Shown: in pieces, positions 53,232 to 63,810 of the stretch | How positions within the stretch are numbered: position 1 is the first letter of the stretch | Layout: each line of letters opens with the position of its first letter | NCBI GenBank assembly: GCA_963815195.1 | Contig: CAWFGE010000014.1 | Span: 141,097 to 205,096, forward strand | Direction of reading: 5' to 3' | Length of the DNA stretch: 64,000 nucleotides | From: an uncultured Planctomycetaceae bacterium | GTDB lineage: Bacteria; Planctomycetota; Planctomycetia; Planctomycetales; Planctomycetaceae | Notes under the pieces: generated by a model | The model's input: only the letters and a program-made list of their open reading frames with translations | Databases searched by the model: none | Told to the model about the DNA's origin: nothing | Translations under genes and position numbers: made by a program

Positions 53232-55545
53232 GTGAGCGCTGAAGCCCATTCTGCGAAGCCTTCCCCGCCGGCGGACCGCACGACGCTCTCGTGGCGGATG
53301 ATTGTGGCCGGGGTTTGGTTGGTGGGGTTTTCGGTTTACTTCTTCACGCGGCCGATGCCCAATCTGCACGCGTCGTTTGCGCAGACGCGGGGCGAAGCCT
53401 GCGAGCTGGTGCCCTTCGTTCTTCTGGATTGGGTGCTGCCTGAATCTTCCGCTCCCCCGCTTCGCGGCGACGAACTGCCGGCGGGTTGGCGCTTCCTGCC
53501 GGAGCGGTTGGTGCTCTGGAGTTGGGCCGGATTGATTTTGCTGGGGGCGTGGGGCATTGGGGCTTTGATTCTGCGCCCGCTCATTCCCGGCGATGAACTC
53601 TCGGCCTTGGAACGCTTCGTGTTCGCCTGCGGCGCGGGGCTTTCGCTCGTGTCTTTGCTGACGTTGTTTTGCGGAATCTTTGGGTTTCTCTCGCGCGGTT
53701 TTTTTATCGGTGTGTTGGGCGCAGCGTTTCTTTCGGCCTGTGGTCTGGCCGGGCGGTCGCTGTGGAAGCGGCGCTCGGAAATGACGTGGAGATTCTCGGG
53801 CGGGCCTGGGTTGTGCGTGTTGGCGTTGTTGCCGTTTTTGGCGGCGATGGTGTTCGGTGCGGTTTCGCCATCCACGGATTTCGACGTGAAGGAATACCAC
53901 TTCGAGGGGCCGAAGGAATTTTTTCTCGCGGGCCGGATCGAGTTCCTGCCGCACAACGTTTACACGAGCTTCCCCTTCCTCACGGAGATGCTCACGCTTC
54001 TGGGCATGGTGCTCAAAGGCGATTGGGCCGACGGGGCCCTCGTGGGCAAGACGGTGTTGATGGCATTTGTGCTGCTCACCGGCCTGGCGATTCTCGCGGC
54101 GGGCCGGCGTTGGTTCGGGAATGGGGCCGGCTGGTTGGGAATGCTCATCTGGCTGACGACGCCTTGGGCCACGCGGATTGCGATCATCGCGTATGCCGAG
54201 GGCGGGCTGACGTTTTTTCTGTTCGCCGCGTTCTTCGCGACGTCTTTGGCGATCGAGCAAATGGCCCGCGGCCGACCGCAACCGGGGTTGTTCCTCTTGG
54301 CGGGATTTCTCGCGGGGAGTGCGATGGCCTGTAAGTACACGGGGCTGGTTTCCGTGGTGTTGCCGCTGGCGGTCGCTGTCGCGATTGGGGTTTGGCGATG
54401 CGCTCGCAAAGGTTCGGCGAGCGGATCGGCGGTGAAACTCGGCCTCCGCACCGTGGGCGTGTTCGGTCTGGGCGCGGCGATTGCGATTGGGCCTTGGCTT
54501 TTAAAAAACCTGATCGAGACCGGCAATCCGGTGTACCCTTTGGCGTGGTCGATCTTTGGCGGGCGGGATTGGGACACCGACCTCAACGCCCAATGGACGA
54601 AGGCCCATAGTCCGCCCGATCACCGCGTGTCTTCGCTGATCGTTCTGGACAACGGGGCCCCGGGTTGGATCATCGATGTCTCCGCGATCAACGATTGGCT
54701 CAGCCCGCTGCTTTACGGGTTGGCTCCGCTCGTTTTCCTGGTGCCCGCGTTTCGGAAGCGGGCCTCTTGGATGTGGGCTTACGCGGCGTGGCTGTTTTTT
54801 GCCTGGTGGTGTTTTACGCACCGCCTGGACCGGTTTTGGGTGCCCATGCTGCCGGTGATCGCGCTCGCCGCGGGAGCGGGGGCCGTTTGGAGTTCCGAGC
54901 GGATTTGGAAGATTGCTCGCCGGTGCCGTGATCGCGGCGGCACTGCTGTTTAACTTCGTGCTCATCGGCACGCAGAACGCGGGTTATATTGCGTGGCTGA
55001 CGGAACTCGAAGCCGCGAGGCAATTCACCACGCAGCTCACCGCTCCGGAAATCGCGGAGGTCAACCGCCTCGCGAAAACTTCGCCGGGAAAAACTCGCGT
55101 GCTTTCCGTGGGGGAAGCCGAGGTGTTCGATGCCCGTTTCCCGGTTGCGTATAACACCGTGTTCGACCGCTCGATTTTTCAGGAATGGACCGCCGAGCCG
55201 AAGCCCGGCGTGCCGGACGCAAAGCTCGCCATGAAATCGCCCGCGGAGATTCGCAAAAAACTCCACGAGGAAGGCATCACGCACGTGCTGGTGAATTGGC
55301 AAGAGATTCTGCGCTACCGGCCGACCTACGGCTACGCGGAATACGTCGCTCCCGAGCGATTCCGCCGGCTCGTGGAAACCGGCGTCCTCGAAGACCCGGT
55401 CATTCTCAATCGCCAAAAATGGAATGGTCTCACGCCGAGCGAGAAGCGGGAACTCACGCGATCTGGCTGGCGGGAAATCTTACAGTTGCCGGATTTTTCC
55501 GACGAAGAGCAGATTCTGCTCTCGGCGCTTTACCGCGTTCGCTGA
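53232..55545 (+). CDS. Polytopic GT-C-like membrane glycosyltransferase, frameshift near 54915
   Basis: 'DFDVKEYH..PK', 'ACKYTG', 'TGNPVYP', 'RLDRFWVP'; C-terminal soluble domain in ORF 54913..55545. Confidence 0.7.
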
Positions 55546-55554
55546 AGGTTGGGG

Positions 55555-55746
55555 CTATTTCAGCGAGAAGGGTTGGCGGAGGGCTTCCCGGTGGGCCGGG
55601 TCGTGACGCCGCTGGGGTGGCGGCGGCGCGGCGTCTTCGGTTTTGGGCTGTTCCTTGCGGGCTGTTGCCAACTCGCGCTCCGGTTCGTCGGAACAGCGGT
55701 TTTCCGGATCCAGCCCGGCTTCATCGCGGCGGGGAGTCTGACTCAT
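55555..55746 (-). CDS. Small hypothetical protein
   Basis: 63-aa ORF with GAGG upstream filling an intergenic gap; no recognisable motif. Confidence 0.3.
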   Translation of the reverse strand: MSQTPRRDEAGLDPENRCSDEPERELATARKEQPKTEDAAPPPPQRRHDPAHREALRQPFSLK

Positions 55747-55985
55747 CGTAGGTGCCTCATCCGTGGAATTTGCTCAACCGATTCTGAAAACTTCGCGATA
55801 AGACGACGTTGGTGTTCCAGATTGAAGTTTTCACGCAAGCCAAAATTGATTAAATCCCGGTAGTTTGCGAATTAAAGCATAACCTGGGCCAATCAGGCGG
55901 GACAAGAGGTAATCTGGAGAAATCAGGCGAAATCGATTTCCCCATTAGGCGGCGAGTGCGCTCGCAGCGACGCCGGGAGTGCGGA

Positions 55986-57679
55986 ATGGAAGATCACAAC
56001 ATGCGGCCTCAACCGTGGTGGCGGGAGATTCAAGTTCTCTGGCTGGTCGTTTTGGTGGGGGGCGTGTTCTTCACCCGCATCGACGATCTGAATCTGCACG
56101 GCGAGGAAACCCGCCGGGCCCAGGTGGCCGCCGAGATGCTTTGGAGCGGCGATTGGCTCGTGCCGCACCAGCAGGGCGAAATCTATCTCAGCCGCCCGCC
56201 GTTGGGAAGTTGGGCCATCGCGGCGGCGGCGGAATTGCGGGGCACGTTGGATGCCGTCACCGTGCGGCTGCCCACGATTTTGGCGACGCTTCTCACCACG
56301 CTCTTGATTTACGCCTACACGCGGAATTTTCTGTCGCGGACGGGTGCCTTTCTGTCGGCGCTTGCGTATCCCACGATGGCCCAGGTCCTGCAGTTGGGCC
56401 GGGTCGCCGAGAGCGAAGGGCTGTTTACGCTGTTGATCTCGGCGTCGCTGCTCGTCTGGCATTGGGGCTATTTGCGAAAGTGGCCTGCCTGGGGCTTTTG
56501 GACCGCGGGCTATGTGCTCTCGGCACTCGCCGGCTTGACGAAAGGTCCCCAAGGCATTGCGTATTTCGTGGGGCCGGTCTGGTTTTATTTGATCGTGCTC
56601 GAACGGCAGTGGCGGGAATTGCTTCGGCCCGCACATTGGCTTGGAGTCGCCGCGGGCCTGGCGACGGTCGCCTCGTGGCAGGTGCCCTACATGCTCGCGA
56701 CGAGTTGGGACGCGGGGATCGCCGTGTGGTTCACGCAGGCCTCGAACCGCTTCGCCTATCCCAGCGTGTCGGCGCCGCCCGGCATTTCGTGGGATTCCCC
56801 CTCGAGATCCTCGCCTGCACGCTGCCCTGGTCATTGGCCCTCGCGCAGCTGTTCAACCGAAACTTCTGGCGGGCGATCCAACCGATTCGCTCCGAGGTTC
56901 GCTTCTTATTGGTCGCGCTGTTGGTGACGTTCCCCACCGTATGGCTGGCTCCGTTTGCCCGCGGGCGGTACTTCATGCCGCTGTATCCGCTGATCGGGAT
57001 CCTCTGCGGCATCGTGTTGGACCGCTGCGCGTTCGCGGACGCCGGAACCTGGCTGAACCGCGGCTGGCGGAATTTCTTATTGACGTACGCCGGCGTCGCA
57101 GTGGCCGGCGGCGCGGCGGTTTGCGGTTTGGCCTTCGAACCCGATTGGGTCGACAGCACGGTCATCATCCCGGCGGGATTGGCGCTCGGATTTCTCGCGG
57201 CGTCGCTCGCGGTCGCGGCGTGGCTGCTTTTCACGTTTCGCTCCCAATCCGCGCGGACCATTCAAACGAGCATCTGGGTCTTGGCGGCACTTTGGGGCTT
57301 GTGTTTTTCGGGGGTGGTGATGACGTCCCAAGTCGCCCGCCAGCCCCGCGTGTCCCATTTGCTGGCGGATGTCGAAGCGGAGCTGCCCAAGGATCAGAAG
57401 CTCGTCAGCTTCGGATTGATCCCGCATGCGTTCGCCTACTACTACGGCGAGTTCATCCCCGCCCGGCCCTGGCCGCAAGCGGAAGCCCGCGAGACGTACC
57501 CTGCGTATTTTTGCGTCCGCAAAGTCGACCTGGAAAAGCACGCGCTGCCTTTCGCCTGGGAACCCATCGCGGAAATGTCGTTTGAAGATGATGATGAACC
57601 CAGCCGGCCAAGCTACGTGATCATCGCCCGCCGCCTGGATCAAGTCGCGGAAACAACGGAACGCCGCCGCATCGATTGA
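55986..57679 (+). CDS. ArnT-like GT-C glycosyltransferase, frameshift near 56775
   Basis: 'GEETRRAQVAAEM..GDWLVP..YLSRPPL', 'LTKGPQ', 'RGRYFMPLYP'. Confidence 0.8.
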
Positions 57680-57715
57680 TTATAACTCCCGGCATCGCTC
57701 AGGAAGGATGAAAAC

Positions 57716-58372
57716 ATGGTTTGGTTTTCCCAGCCAAAAACAACGCGGCAAAAACTCGGCTGGCTCTTCGTGTTGATCGCGGCGGCCGGGGGATTGGGAT
57801 TTCTGTTGTGGGAAACCGTGCTCGAAGACCGCCTTGTCGCCAAGCGGTTCGGCGTCGTCGTGCCCGGCGAGGTGTACCGCAGCGGGCAAATCTCCCAATG
57901 GATGCTCGAACCCACGCTCGAAAAGCACGGCATCCAGGTGATTATCGACATGAACGGCGTCGAAACCGACGATCCGCATCAAGCGGCGGAAATCGATTTC
58001 CTCAACCGTACGCGTTTCGAGCATTACCGCTATCGGCTCTCCGGCGACGGGATCGGCGACATTCGAAACTATGCGCTGGCCCTCAAGACCATCGAGGATT
58101 GCCGAGCCAGACACAAACCGGTACTCGTGCACTGCTCCGCGGGAAGCCAGCGCACGGGAGGCGTGGTCGCGATGTTCCGGGTGCTGATCCAGAAGCAATC
58201 CCCCGAGTCCGTCGTCGCCGAATTGGAGCGCTACGATTGGCGGCCGGGCAAAGACCAGGTACTGCTCGACTACCTCAACAGCCACATGGCCGAGTTGGCG
58301 AAATTGCTGGTGGAGATGCACGTGATCGAAACCGTCCCCAACCCCCTGCCGGTCCTGCATCCGCCCGAATGA
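57716..58372 (+). CDS. Membrane-anchored protein-tyrosine/dual-specificity phosphatase-fold protein
   Basis: N-terminal TM; 'VYRSGQ'; P-loop 'PVLVHCSAGSQRTG' (CX5R). Confidence 0.85.
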   Translation: MVWFSQPKTTRQKLGWLFVLIAAAGGLGFLLWETVLEDRLVAKRFGVVVPGEVYRSGQISQWMLEPTLEKHGIQVIIDMNGVETDDPHQAAEIDFLNRTRFEHYRYRLSGDGIGDIRNYALALKTIEDCRARHKPVLVHCSAGSQRTGGVVAMFRVLIQKQSPESVVAELERYDWRPGKDQVLLDYLNSHMAELAKLLVEMHVIETVPNPLPVLHPPE

Positions 58373-58373
58373 A

Positions 58374-59506
58374 TCAGTCTTCCAAGCGTTCGTAAAACCT
58401 CAGGAAGTCCGCTTCCAGCATTTTGAGGTCGCTGCCGAAGGCGGCTTGGAAATCGCGCAAGCGTTCCGCTGTCGGGTAATCCGTCACCGGGTCGCGGCCG
58501 GCGATGATCTTCAGATAGCCCGCATACTTCGAGGGGCGGGTTTCGATCAGATAAAAACTGAGCGCCCAGGCCTCGGCATACCCGTCGAGAACGGAGCTTT
58601 GAAACGGCTTGTCGCTGGAAACAAAATCCGCGAGCGACTTGGGCTTTCGGCGGGACTGGGCATAGTTCTTAAAGGCGACGTAGCGTTCCTTGTTGACCCG
58701 CTGGATCGCTTTCCCCCGCGCTGGCCGAGTCGCGAATGCCCGGCGCTTTCGAACACCGTCGCCAAACCTTCGACGACCCATTGGGGCGTCACGCCGATCC
58801 GCGAATGCAGCCCCGCATTGAACGCCACTTGATGCGTGGTTTCGTGAACGATCGTGTCGGCCAGGTTCGCCTGGATGTTGGCATCCATGAATCGGGACGG
58901 ACGGAAGCCTTCGCCACCGGCCTGGGCGGTTTGCGGATCGCCGGGATCGTAAACCGCCACGCGGTTGGATGTTCGCAGATAATAGCCCCGGAGTCCCGCG
59001 GGAACCGGCACGCGGTCGGCTTTGCAGTAGTCGTGAAAGCTCTTCTGATCCGGAAACACGATCGCCACGAGCGGAAACTCCGGCTCAGAAAGCCGAAATC
59101 CCCGCACGCCGAAGTACCCGCGGAAGGAGCGGTAAATCTCCTCGAAAAGCTTGACGTAGTCGCCGGCTTTGCCCACCGGTGCGCACACCAAATAGTGCTC
59201 GCTGGCGGCAATCTCAAAACCCTTGCCGAACTCCCGCCGGAGTGAATCGCGAACCTCGCCGGCGTTCGCCGGCTGAAACACCGGCGCGAGCCGTTTGAAG
59301 TCTTTGACGTCCCGCAGTTCGAATTCGGACAGCCGCCCTTCGGGGGACATCAGCCAGACGTTCGACCGGTCCATCGCCAACAATTTGCCACGCTGGGGCT
59401 GATCACCCACCATCAATTCCAAATACGCCGGCGGCCCGGCCATCGCATTTACCGCCGTTCCGACAATCAGCCCCAGCCATACAATCAGACCCACGCCTGC
59501 CGGCAT
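58374..59506 (-). CDS. DUF1570-domain protein, frameshift near 58740
   Basis: 'TIVHETTHQVAFNAG..WVVEGLATVFE'; C-terminal 'YAEAWALSFYL' in ORF 58374..58781. Confidence 0.75.
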
Positions 59507-59810
59507 CGCTGTTCTCCCCTCACTCTTGCTGTTCAAAGAAGTGGCTTCTGGGAAACCATAGGTCGAACAGCAACCGGTGCCGAGCGATTCGGCGGACTTT
59601 CCTCGCGTGGGAAAAAGAATCTACGGAAAAAATCGAGTGCCGGCGCGACAGACGAAATATCCGATTCGACCGGCATCAGCCTTTCAAGCGCCAGACGTGG
59701 ACGTAGCCGGGATTGACCCGTTGACCCATAACGACGAAACTGCGTTCCCGATTTTCCCACCTCTCTGTCTCGTGGGACTGAGGATCAAGCCATCTCAAGG
59801 AGGACGTCAA

Positions 59811-60608
59811 ATGCTCGGCCGTTATCTAGTCTTTTGCACCCTTTTCTCGGTGTTTGCCACTCCAACGTTTGCCGAAGAAACGACGCCTGAAACCAGCGTT
59901 CAACTCTACAATGTCGCCGACCTCGTCACCTATGGCACGCCGCATGAAAGCATGGAGCGCCAAATCTCTCCTGCGGAATGGCAATCGCAACACGTCGAAA
60001 CGATCCAATCGCTCGATCGGTTGGCCGCTTTGGTGAAGGGAATGAGTTCGACAAAATGGTCAAAAGTGGAAGCGTACCCCGAGACGCTCAGCCTCGTCGT
60101 CCGGAACACCGCCGACGGCCATCGGGAGATTCATCAGTTGCTGAAATTGCTGCGCACGGCTAACCAACCTTCGATCCGATTGACCTGCTACGGAACGGAT
60201 ATTGAAGCTCTCCCAGAAGATCGGGCCGTAAAACTCTGGATGAAAAAAACGCTAACGTCTGATGAGGCACGGGAAGCCAAGGAGCTGTTCGGGAAACCAG
60301 ACTTTGCGAATTACGACCAAACACTCCAACTCGCCGCCGGTCGAAAGACGGCCTGGGGGATGCCGGCGCTTCCGGCAACGGCGACTGCGTCTGTCGTTCC
60401 AGGCAAACGTTCAATTCAACTACGCATTGACTATGTGTCCAACAATATCGGCGACAAGATCCCGGTTAAATCTCAGGTCTTTGAGATCGAAGAGGGCCAC
60501 TCGGCAATTTCGCTCCAGACGTGTGATGGTGGCACGGTGATGTGGCTGATCACTCCGACGCGGATCGAACCCAAAGCGCCAGGCGATTCGACCGCAATCG
60601 TGAAATGA
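59811..60608 (+). CDS. Secreted hypothetical protein
   Basis: AGGA RBS, signal peptide, 'YNVADLV..SLVVRNT..HREI..LL..LR' segment reminiscent of secretin N-domain repeats. Confidence 0.6.
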   Translation: MLGRYLVFCTLFSVFATPTFAEETTPETSVQLYNVADLVTYGTPHESMERQISPAEWQSQHVETIQSLDRLAALVKGMSSTKWSKVEAYPETLSLVVRNTADGHREIHQLLKLLRTANQPSIRLTCYGTDIEALPEDRAVKLWMKKTLTSDEAREAKELFGKPDFANYDQTLQLAAGRKTAWGMPALPATATASVVPGKRSIQLRIDYVSNNIGDKIPVKSQVFEIEEGHSAISLQTCDGGTVMWLITPTRIEPKAPGDSTAIVK

Positions 60609-60641
60609 ACCGTCGCGATAATCCGCATCCCGTCCCTTGGG

Positions 60642-60696
60642 TGTCACCGGGCACTTTAAAACCGGCCAGGGGTGGGCACTTCAAAACCGACAGGGG
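60642..60696. repeat. IS21 terminal repeat with two transposase-binding subrepeats
   Basis: tgtcacc gggcactttaaaaccggccagggg t gggcacttcaaaaccgacagggg. Confidence 0.8.
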
Positions 60697-60778
60697 TGTG
60701 AATGATTAGTGCCGCAACTTTGTCGCACAGTTTTTCTGTCGGTGGCAGTTTTGCTATCGGATGCTTGACCTCAATGGC

Positions 60779-61213
60779 TCAAGCCTCAGGTGGGGTTTTC
60801 TGGTCCTTTGAGCGTTTGGCTTGCTTATTTTCCGGGCAGTTTTTCTCCGCGGATTTCTCGCCCTGGACCCGGTGGGCACTTTGGCCGGTTTTGGGGCTTT
60901 GATTCCCCGTCTGCGTTTGGCCGGTTTTGGCGTCCCGTTTGGGCTTCTTTTCTTGGTTGGTTTTGGTGTCCTGGGGAGTCGTTTCCTCCGCGTCGCTTTT
61001 CTCTGCGGTTTTGTTGCGAAGGCGGTAGCTTTGGCCGGTGATCTGGATGATCTCGGCGTGTTCCAGGAAGCGATCCAAGATTGCGGTCGCGGCGGGAACA
61101 TCGCCGATAAGCTTGCCCCAATCTTGTAACGGTCTGTTGGAAGTCATCATCGTGCTTTTGACTTCGTGCCGGCGGAGGATGATCTCGAACAAACATTCCC
61201 CGCTTCGCTTGGG
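60779..61213 (-). pseudogene. istB: IstB ATPase, 3' half
   Basis: 'PKRSGECLFEIILRRHE..STMMTSNRP..WGKLIGDVPAATAILDRFL..ITGQSYR'. Confidence 0.85.
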
Positions 61214-61251
61214 TATGTTTCGACATAGTGCTACATCTCTCCAATAAGGGT

Positions 61252-63323
61252 TTAATTTAAGGGTAATTCCTTCTGTCGGCGGTCGGTTGATGGGCTTCGT
61301 TTTCCCGAATGAATGGCTTGGATGGTTCGCTTGACGGCCGGTAATTCCAAATCCTTTCGTTCGATGATCCAGGGTGCGTACTTGACAACTTGTTTGGCCG
61401 GGAGGTGGCCGAGCTTGATCAGGCGGCGAATGGCGGTGAAGCTGACATTTGAGATTTCGGCGGCTTGGCTCAGAGTCAGCCAGTCTTCGCTCTTCCGAAA
61501 ATTCGGTAGCTGGTATTGGTAGCGCACCTGACCGATTCGCGAGGCGATCCACGAGTTTCCCTGGCCCGTTCGATAGCCCAAGCGGTTGAGTATCGAAGCA
61601 ATCGCGCGGTCGTCGCAAACCTTCGAGAGTTCGGTGATCAACTCGCGAACGGTTTGATCGGTCACGCGTCCATGCTTGCCACGCGGGTTCCGGCGGACGA
61701 ACAGTTCGGTATGCACTCCTCCTTGCCAGTGCAAATGCAAATCATGTTGCGGAGGATCGTCTTGGCTGTTGACGACGATTTCGACAAGAACCGTTCGCAA
61801 GATGCGTTTCTTGGTTTCCGCGGATGTGGCGGAGTGGCTCCAGAGTTTCTTCAAGTCCGCCCCCAGTTTGAGCAATTGTTGCCGATCCTGGTCGCTAAGA
61901 ACGGTGACGTGGGAATCCAACTCGGCCAAACGTTTTTCCATCTCCGCCACATGTTTGAGTGCTGCGTTCCATCGTGCTTCGAGTTCCGCCGCCACGAGTC
62001 GGTTATCAGGATCGACCAAGTCGTATTGTTTTTGGGCTCGTCCCGCCTCATACCGAGCTTTCTCTAACGCCAGTTCGAGGGAGCGCCGCTTGTCTTCGTC
62101 TTCATGCAGCACTTGGTCCATCGCGGCGAGGGCGGCTTGGACTCCCGCGGGTTGGATGGCATCCAGAACGGTCTCACTGACCGCTTCATCCAAACGCAGA
62201 CCTCCGATGGCCAAGCAGGGAGCCGAACCGCGATGCGTTCTTCCGCCGCTGCAAACATAGCGCGGCACATTGCCGTCCGCGCCGCCGTACTTGGTAAACA
62301 TCATCCGGCCGCAGCGACCGCAACGCAGCAATCCGGCCAGAAGTGCGGGTCCGGTTTTGGCTGCCCCTCGTGTGGTTCCGTCAGGCATGTTTCGATTCGA
62401 CTCCAAAACCTGTTGATTTTGCAAATACTCTTTCCAAGTGATGTACCCGGGATGGTGATCCAAAATCAAGACTTTCCATTCCTCACGAGGCCGCTTTTTT
62501 CGACCGTTACTCTTCGCGCGGCCGTTCTCGACCACTGTTTGTGAGACCGTCCGTCCCCAGGCAAAAGCTCCCGCATAACACGGATTCTTTAGGATTTGCA
62601 GAATGCGGTGCCGGCCTGGAATATGCTACTGAGTCTCGCGACCCGAGGTGCCGGGGACGGCTTCAGGAAGCCGCAGTTGCTCTTGAGCGTACCAGAGCGC
62701 TGTCTGACGCGCGCTGCCCAGTTCGCGAAACTTGCGAAAGACTCCGCGCAAGGCGTCTTGCACTTGCCGATCGGCAATCATCTCCACCCGATGATCTTCC
62801 GTCTTCACGAAACCCACGGCAGGTTCCCAAAGGATATGACCCCGGCGAACTTTCTGTTCATAGGCGGCTCGGGCACGTTGCCGCAATAGTCCCAGTTCAA
62901 ATTCCGCCAAACTGCCCTTGAGCCCCAACAGCAATCGATCATTGAGTTGCGCGGATCGTAGACGCCGTCTTCATCGATGATTAACGTCTCCGTGATCGCA
63001 CAGAGATCAATCAAGTGATGCCAGTCCCGGTTGTTTCGCGCCAAACGCGAAGCCTCCAAAGCCAGAACGGCCCCCGCTTCGCCTTCGCAGACCGCCGTGA
63101 GCAATCTTGCGAATCCCGGGCGGTCTTGAAGTCCGCTGCCCGAGCGGCCGAGATCATCATCAATCACCGTAACCTTGCGGAACTTGAGCTGCCTGGCGTA
63201 ATCCGCCAGAGCATATTGCCGTTTTTGACCTTCGCGGTGCTCCCGCACTTGGTGATCACTGGATTGCCGGACATAGACAAAAGCGGTTCGCTCTCGGTGT
63301 TCAGATCGAATCTTCTCGTTCAT
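61252..63323 (-). pseudogene. Large serine recombinase (resolvase, recombinase, Zn-ribbon, coiled coil, C-terminal HTH), about 690 aa; frameshift near 62950 and in-frame TAG at 62626-62628 as assembled
   Basis: 'VYVRQSS' catalytic Ser, 'DDDLGRSG..RPGF', 'EASRLARN', 'LKNPCYAG', 'LLRCGRCG', 'DPDNRLVAAELEARWN', 'WLTLSQAA..IRRLI'. Confidence 0.9.
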
Positions 63324-63489
63324 CGACGTTCTCCTGTTGAGATTGAGAGGGGAAGGATTGTTTCAACTGCTGTGTGATTAAACGTTGGCACTCATCGCGG
63401 ACGGCTTGCGGGAGCTTGTCCCACAGATCAAGCCGCGCGAACGCAAACACCTGTTGTTTAGGAGGAGGGTGGACTTCGTTTCGCGGCAT
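63301..63489 (-). CDS. ORF2: 62-aa accessory protein overlapping the recombinase start
   Basis: AGGAG RBS; MPRNEVH..LWDKLPQAVRDECQRLITQQL..; overlaps ORF1 end and recombinase ATG. Confidence 0.55.
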   Translation of the reverse strand: MPRNEVHPPPKQQVFAFARLDLWDKLPQAVRDECQRLITQQLKQSFPSQSQQENVDEREDSI

Positions 63490-63772
63490 GAGGATCTCCT
63501 TGAGGAATTGAGTTTCCCTCAGTCGTAGAGTCTGCCTCCGCGTGAAACAATGGTTGGTGGTCCAGAAGTCGACGAAGCTCAAGCAGAGCCGCGATCCCGA
63601 TTCGCGGATGGTCCGCATCAGGACAATGACCGCAGGCGATGGGATCAAGCATCCAACACGGAATCGCGAGTTGCACATCGTCTCGCAGTCGTACGAGATG
63701 ATGAGCCGCATCAAATCGGCGAACGACCTCGACCTCTTCGCCATAGAAAGCGTGATAACGATAGCAGATCAT
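63458..63772 (-). CDS. ORF1: small accessory protein (resembles Y4bD/DUF5372-type 'YHxxxG..IPxWM.D..C' proteins found before such recombinases)
   Basis: MICYRYHAFYGEEVEV..LAIPCWMLDPIAC..ALLELRRLLD; frame stays open upstream to the element boundary. Confidence 0.6.
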   Translation of the reverse strand: MICYRYHAFYGEEVEVVRRFDAAHHLVRLRDDVQLAIPCWMLDPIACGHCPDADHPRIGIAALLELRRLLDHQPLFHAEADSTTEGNSIPQGDPHAAKRSPPSS

Positions 63773-63810
63773 TACTCGGGGCGATTCATGAGCAGTGTGT
63801 TGATGGATAG

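Noticed and set aside
60825..61244. 139-aa ORF starting in the element end
   Set aside because: Out-of-frame read into istB from the element's terminal ATG; meaningful only after circularisation.
60779..61618. 279-aa ORF as an intact gene
   Set aside because: Chimera of an alternative frame of the recombinase 3' end and the true istB 3' half, which begins at 61213.
62626..62628. Amber recoding (pyrrolysine or read-through) in the recombinase
   Set aside because: Other genes here end at TAG normally (lexA, DUF1328); a TGG-to-TAG mutation or error is simpler.
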